In this document: positions 56,926-64,000 of the stretch, piece after piece
How the letters are laid out: each line of letters begins with the position of its first letter
Numbering within the stretch: the stretch's first letter is position 1
Assembly: GCA_964016885.1 (NCBI GenBank)
Contig: OZ024753.1
Coordinates: 31,620,001-31,684,000, forward strand
Length of the DNA stretch: 64,000 nucleotides
Origin: Eledone cirrhosa
Taxonomy: Eukaryota
Reading direction: 5' to 3'
Program-made: the position numbers and the translations under genes
Notes under the pieces: model-generated
Databases searched by the model: none
The model's input: the letters and a program-made list of their open reading frames with translations, nothing else
Told to the model about the DNA's origin: nothing

Positions 56926-59113
56926 CATGTGTGTACATATATATATTGCTGTAATAATTGGTCACTCTTAAGGTATGACAAATAAACTATCAACTGTCAA
57001 AGTGAATTTCTTCCCTATATTATCGATCTGCTATACCCTAATGATATGACTAACATACATGTGTACACTAACACTTATGTTTTAGTCATATCATACTGAA
57101 GGCATAAAGAATTCACGTAACCTGATGGACATATCACGTGTTGTATACGTGACAATTGATCAAATGAATGTATCAGGATTTTAGTTGGGTGGGAGTAGTC
57201 ATACAAATATGGTTGACTAATCATATTTAGAAATGTTTGCAAATATTGTCCTTATATAATTTCAATTGTTTGAATAAACGGCAACATGAGACTCGATTCA
57301 GTTACGATTCAATAAGCTTCATCTTCTAATAAATTATACATACTGTATGCATTGATTACAACCACCACCACCACCACCACCACCACAGCAACAGCTCCTA
57401 AAGCAATATGCAAGAAAACACCGTAGTATTCTTCTATTTATCTAGTGGAATATTCTGTATATTTATCCAGTCTTATATTTGTTACCTAGTTCTCCACTTG
57501 TCTTATTTTTCTAGTAACAAGTAATCACATAACTTCCATATTTAATGCATTTTCGCATATATATGCCATGCATTAAATTATGTTCATTGGTGTGATGTTG
57601 GAAACTACTTAATCTGTACTTAGCAATGGATATCTCCCGCGGCTATAAATTCCCAGCTTTGTTCGACTTTTCTTTTTTAGCTATTGACGTATTTTCAGCC
57701 GTCATAATTTGATAACTCCATTAAGCTCGGGTTTCTAAGACAAGAGGATATCAAGCTTATAAGCAACTATATTCTAGATCCAATTCCGAAATTGACACTG
57801 TGCTAAAGTCTACCACAAGAATATGTAGCAGTAGCACCAACATATTATTTCGTGTGACATAAAATGATTATCAAACGTGTAAAGGTTCTAATACTTTTGA
57901 TCCTCATTGAGGTGATATATCTCTAATCCATTGTAATTAGGTAATTTACTAAATATATGTATAGATAAGTAGGATTCGATTCAACTGCGAGGCATCTTGG
58001 ACAAGTGTCATTTACCATAGCCTTGGGTCAGACCAGGCCTTTTGAGAGAAATTGGGTACTCAGTAATTGTATGTTTGGAATCCCGTCGAGTGGACAGTAT
58101 ATGCAATTCCAAGGGCGAACTTTATCACACCTTGTATCATGCTGAATCTATGCTGAGAAGTATGTAATGGGTGAAAGTGTCTGTGGAATACTCTGTCATA
58201 TACGTGTTAATTTCTCAACAAGCTGTTTCGTTGATCGAACAACTGATGGAGGTTCATTCTATTCGTATACTATCAGTTATTCTGTCAAAGTTTTCTATTA
58301 ACAAAACAGAAATTGGTGGTTATCAATATGCTGGACGTACAAAGCAATCATCGCTAAAATCACAATCATTTGCTGTCTTAAATATATAGAGGTATATTGG
58401 ATAATAGAGTGTTAGGCATAATATGCTTCAATAAATGGGTGGACTGCTTTAGGTACTAGATCTGGTTACCTCTGTTAATAAGACACAAACCTAGGGATCA
58501 ATGCTCATGCTGGAAATAGAAACTAACTCTCCCTAAAATCAGAGACAGTCTTAAAAAATATAAAGGCACATGTGATAACGCTGTACTAGATATGTCTGAA
58601 TAAAAACAGGTTCATCAGCTAGAATTACTTAGATAACAGGTCAGCTCAATCACGTTGTACTTATATTTAAACAACACCCCCACCACCACCACCAACAACA
58701 ACAACACTAGTCACTAGCTTACTAGTTTTCAAAGAGAAGATTGCAAGTTTGCCATGGAATATCAAATATTTTCTTGTAGTAAATCAGCTAAGACGAATTT
58801 GATTAAAGTATCCGAGTGCTGTTCCCCATTCTGACTCTCAGTAAAGTGCCTGTCAAAGTAATGTGAACCTCAGAATTAGAGGTTGAGATGATGAAGTGTG
58901 CATGTATAGAATGGTTATTCCTTGTACAATAATGTATTTCATAATGTGATGACAATATAAATATTTGATCTAACGGTTTGTAGCTTTTCGTTCATTTTGT
59001 GTGGAACCGATGCATCATATATAAATATATTTATTTCGATATAAATGGAAATATATATTGATTTTACATCATTATTATTATTATTTTATTATTATATACA
59101 AATGAGATTATAA

Positions 59114-59145
<32 letters not shown>

Positions 59146-59148
59146 GTG

Positions 59149-59201
<53 letters not shown>

Positions 59202-59667
59202 ATGTATGTATAACCAATCCTGCATCTGTACAAACATGCATACATACATACATATGACAAATTTATTACATCCCACAAAAAAAAAAGGCTCAATAGAAAA
59301 CGATAGTACCATTGTGTAAGGTCAGATTGAACATTTGCAAAATAATGTTCCGAATGTGTATAGAAACATATAAAAACTCTTTAAACAGAGTCAAGCAAAA
59401 TGGTAAAAGTATCGATCTAAAAACTGACAAAAGCGTATAACAATCTAAAACCGACTGTCGATACTCTACAGCATGAATGCCCAGTGAAATGTCATGCTTT
59501 CAAATCATATTGCAGCTGAAAGCATTGAAAGCATTCATTGTTGTTTATTGTGTTTTTAGTACATAACAGATGACTTCAGTCAGATGTAAGAGATTTTTCT
59601 TGTCAGGACTACGTGATATATATAAATTTTACGTCTATTTTCATGTATATTAAGTTTATATATATGA

Positions 59668-59707
<40 letters not shown>

Positions 59708-61924
59708 GCACATATTGGTGCTATGACTCCTGTTTTACAAAATTGTTAATAGGGCTCCACCTCGTTATTTCTCAATAGAGCAATAGAGATCAGGGAGTTG
59801 CTCTAAGTAAAACCACCACTTTTCCGGATTCAGAGTTTACTGTGCCGAAACTAGGGACGTGTAGTTAGAATGTCTGACAGATTTTACGAGTAAAGCTAAC
59901 CCGCTAGACACCCAGAGACAGACAAAGAGCAAGGTGTATGGATAACATACATAAGCTCGATTTGTTTCGCATGCGGATCCAAACCGATCGTTTGGAGGCG
60001 GTTGCTTCTAATGTAAGGCGTGTCTGAGGACTCTGCTATCAGGGCTCTCCCGGGATTAAATGGGCAAAGAGGAAACTGTTCTTTTGTCGTGCGAGTTTTC
60101 AAAATAATCTTCACTTTGAAAAGTCGCAAGACGAAACTTCAGAAAGTACTCAACATATTTAGTTATGATAAATGTATCATACTTTATTGATTTAGTTATA
60201 GTCTTTGTGAATTGTTTTACTTGTCTCTGTTTGTTTTTTATTCTGAGGATCAAACATATTTAAGCATATATATATATATATATATATATAATTATATATA
60301 TGTATGTATATATATATGCATAAATATGCGTCTATGTATGTATAAATTATTTTCCACTTTGTATTCAGCACCTTTATCTCAAATGTTTTTGCATTAACGT
60401 GTGCATTATGTGTGCATATGTGTGCATGTATGTGTGCGGGGGCAAATATAAATGTGTGAAGATATATATATATATATATGTTCATATATATTTTTTATAC
60501 GCAAACATATATTATACGTGCAACATTTTACAAGGTTATTCATGCCTGCCTGAGTCTTTCCGACATAAAACAAAAGATAGGAAATATTCGATTACTGTTT
60601 TGTATATTTCTTCTTTGTTTCTGCCAAAAATCAATAAAAGATATTATCTGTTAAGTACACTGAAGTATTACTCATTTTTATATTTCAATTTCTATTTCTG
60701 CCATCCAAACCATCATTTTGAAAATTCTATATCCTTAAAAGATATTTTTTTTAATGATAATTATCTTCTTTTCCTGACTTGTGAATAGGATTTCCTCATT
60801 CTTGAAAACAAAATCTCAAAAATACATAAAATAGGAGAAAATATATAAAAGAAAAAAGAATTAAATTAAAACCTTTTAATCTGCTTTTGGTGCATCAAAG
60901 TGAAATACTAGTTTCAAAACATAATGTACGTTTCAGCAAAACCGAAATCAATGATAAAAGAACACCTCTGGGATCCATTTATTAGAAATATCGTTGTTGT
61001 TTGTTAGTTCCTTTTTTTTTCTTCTTTTTTTTTTTTGTTATTTCCTTCATTGTCCATTCATTCTTGCAAGAACTATTAGTCAAAGTCAAAGACGATTGTC
61101 TTTTCAGAATGTCAGTGTCACAGGATTAAATTATTTCTTTTAGGCTGCTCTCTGCTGCAGTGAAAAATGCTACATCTAAACAGCGGCTGTAATGTCTATG
61201 AATTATGTTTTGTGTTTGCTGATTCAATATTATTTCCCACCCACTAATGTGATATTCATAAAAGGATCAAGTGTGGTGCAGTCAAAATAGAACACCAGAC
61301 TAAGACATTTACAGTCTTTTGTTTCTAATCTACATGCTAAGTTTTAAAACCGTTACTGCAGTTGCATTCGGCCCTTCACATCTCTGGCGTTGATAAAATA
61401 TGTACCAGTAAAAACACTTAGGGTCACTTTTAATCTATTATTCTACTATATATATACGGGCTGAGCTGAAATTACCTTACTTATCACAGAGAAATATAAT
61501 AATGACATGCTTGTAAATCTGCAGTATTTTGAACATTTAACCTAACTATACTAAACAATGCTTGCGTTTCTATTGTCTTTGCAAGATAACCTTGTGGTAA
61601 TTCCAATTCTCTTGTTGCAAGGGCCACAATGTCGATGATTTTAAGGCATTTTATACCTGCCTACCTATCACAATCGGTAATATATAGTCGATATAAATCG
61701 ATATATATATATATATACTAGTTAGAAGCGAGCAGAGAGTGATTATCAGTTTGTATACGATATAAGTGTGCAAGAGTTGCCTATAAATTACTTTGGGAAT
61801 AAAGTTTAGAATCTTTACGGTTTCATACTTATTCACATTTTTAGTAGATTTAAGATAGGTCGTATTACGCTATAGTAAAACACATGTTTCAATGCATTTC
61901 TTTTGAGGAACATATATGTATATA

Positions 61925-62024
61925 CAGGCTGTCCCCCAAAAATGTAACATACTTTGATTACCTGTACAGGCAATATTTATTAGAATGCTGTTGAAGCGTG
62001 TATACATTTTTTGGGGACACCCTG
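61925..62024. mobile_element. Tc1/mariner-type MITE (100 bp)
   Basis: ta-CAGGCTGTCCCCCAAAAATGTA ... TACATTTTTTGGGGACACCCTG; 22-bp imperfect TIRs. Confidence 0.7.
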
Positions 62025-62393
62025 AATATATAAAGCCAAACACACGCATATCGGTGAGGAACGTACATACATATATATAAATGTGTATGTGTGTGTGTGT
62101 TCCTCGCCGATATGCGTGTGATTGGGTTCATAGTTTGGTTACCTTTAGACTCAAAAGAATGCAATGTCTCAGAAGGTGCTTTACTATAACAGAATACGCT
62201 ATCTTAAATTTGATAATGTAAATATAATAATGTTACTGTGAAGTAGATAAACTCATTTGTGAAATTGATTTAGTTCAACCTTGCAATAATGATGTTTAGT
62301 ACTTGTGTATATAATAGCAGCGTAATGTGACTATGTCAATGGCATTGAAAACAAGGAAGGAAATAGAGAAAAGGAACGTGTAAATGGTACTAA

Positions 62394-62396
<3 letters not shown>

Positions 62397-62446
<50 letters not shown>

Positions 62447-63092
62447 GTATGTATATGCATGTATATATATGCGTATGTATATATATGCGTAGGTATGCAT
62501 GTATATATATATGCGTAGGTATGCATGTATATATATATGCATGTGTATATATGCGTAGGTATATGCATGCATATATATGCGTATGTATATGCATGTATAT
62601 ATATATATATACGTATGTATATGCATGTATATTTATATGTATATGCATGTATATTTATATGTGTGTATGCATGTATATACGTAAGTGTATGCATGTATGT
62701 ATATATATATATACGTATGTGTATGCATGTATATATATACGTAAGTGTATGCATGTATATATATATGTATATGTTAGTGTATGCATGTATATATATATAC
62801 GTAAGTGTATGCATATATATATGCGTATGTATATGCATATATATGCGTAGGTATAAGCATGTATATATAAATATGCGTAGGTATATGCATGTATATATAT
62901 GTATATAAGTGTATGCATGTATATATATATATATACGTATGTGTATGCATGTATATATACGAATGTGTATGCATGTATATATACGAATGTGTATGCATGT
63001 ATATATACGTATGTGTATGCATGTATATATACGTATGTGTATGCATGTATATATACGTATGTGTATGCATGTATATATACGTAAGTGTATGC

Positions 63093-63128
<36 letters not shown>

Positions 63129-63227
63129 GTATGTCTATGCATGTATATATATATATGTGTATGTCTATACATCTATATTTATATATGCGTATGTCTATGC
63201 ATGTACATATATATGCGTATATACGTG

Positions 63228-63282
<55 letters not shown>
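62397..63282. repeat. TA-derived minisatellite, ~24-bp unit atgtgtatgcatgtatatatacgt
   Basis: Direct observation. Confidence 0.9.
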
Positions 63283-63290
<8 letters not shown>

Positions 63291-63553
63291 ATACTCATGT
63301 GTGTGTAGGGGGTATTTATCAGTAAAACCATCACAGATTCCTCCAAATGAATTATGGATGTCATAAACAGATCAGAGAAGTTCAAATTGCATAGATGATA
63401 CGTTAGGTGTTGTAATATTTATGTGTTATGTAAGATTATCGATCACCTAAATGAAATAATCACATTTGTAATTGAAACTGAGACGTGAATTCCATTTCCT
63501 CAGAAATAACCACTGCAACGTTATTAGGTTTGGGAATCGCGAGTAGAAATATA

Positions 63554-64000
63554 GAGCATTTGTCATTTGATTGGTTCAACTTTATATTTCTACTCGCGAT
63601 TCCCAAATCTGTTGATTCCATATAGAGGACGAGCATTTGTCATTTGATTGGTTCAACTTTATATTTCTACTCTCGATTCCCAAATTTGTTGATTCCATAT
63701 AGAGGACGAGCATTTGTCATTTGATTGGTTCAACTTTATATTTCTACTCTCGATTCCCAAATTTGTTGATTCCATATAGAGGACGAGCATTTGTCATTTG
63801 ATTGGTTCAACTTTATATTTCTACTCGCGATTCCCAAATCTGTTGATTCCATATAGAGGACGAGCATTTGTCATTTGATTGGTTCAACTTTATATTTCTA
63901 CTCGCGATTCCCAAATCTGTTGATTCCATATAGAGGACGAGCATTTGTCATTTGATTGGTTCAACTTTATATTTCTACTCGCGATTCCCAAATCTGTTGA
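63554..64000. repeat. 77-bp tandem repeat, at least 5.8 copies, running off the window
   Basis: Units start at 63554, 63631, 63708, 63785, 63862 and 63939. Confidence 0.95.

Noticed and set aside
61143-61680. Next kinase-homology exon (expected G-x-x-VA(V/I)K) at acceptors near 61143 or 61621
   Set aside because: Phase-0 translations (AALCCSE..., GHNVDDFK...) do not resemble the expected motif; the exon probably lies beyond the window.
63554-64000. CRISPR-like array
   Set aside because: No unique spacers; it is a plain tandem repeat in eukaryotic DNA.

Overview
Eukaryotic, AT-rich, microsatellite-dense DNA, most likely octopus or another coleoid cephalopod (inferred from the repeat families). 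The window lies inside one + strand gene encoding a single-pass receptor guanylyl cyclase of the natriuretic-peptide-receptor (NPR1/NPR2, GC-A/GC-B) type. Five GT-AG exons splice in frame (72-163, 6015-6153, 13622-13706, 42701-42824, 52361-52444) and cover the end of the extracellular domain, the TM helix and the start of the kinase-homology domain; the gene's start and end lie outside the window. The introns hold a young 5'-truncated RTE LINE with a PHD finger inside its RT, many tRNA-derived SINEs with TSDs, several MITEs, and a 77-bp tandem array. They also hold at least five families of Penelope-like element (PLE, Naiad-type) fragments inserted in (TA)n tracts. The most interesting signals: stereotyped fold-back PLE insertions carrying hammerhead ribozymes with non-canonical cores, two short copies ending at the predicted self-cleavage site, and a sharp CpG-depletion boundary shortly after the TM exon. 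Most ORFs in the supplied track are microsatellite artefacts.
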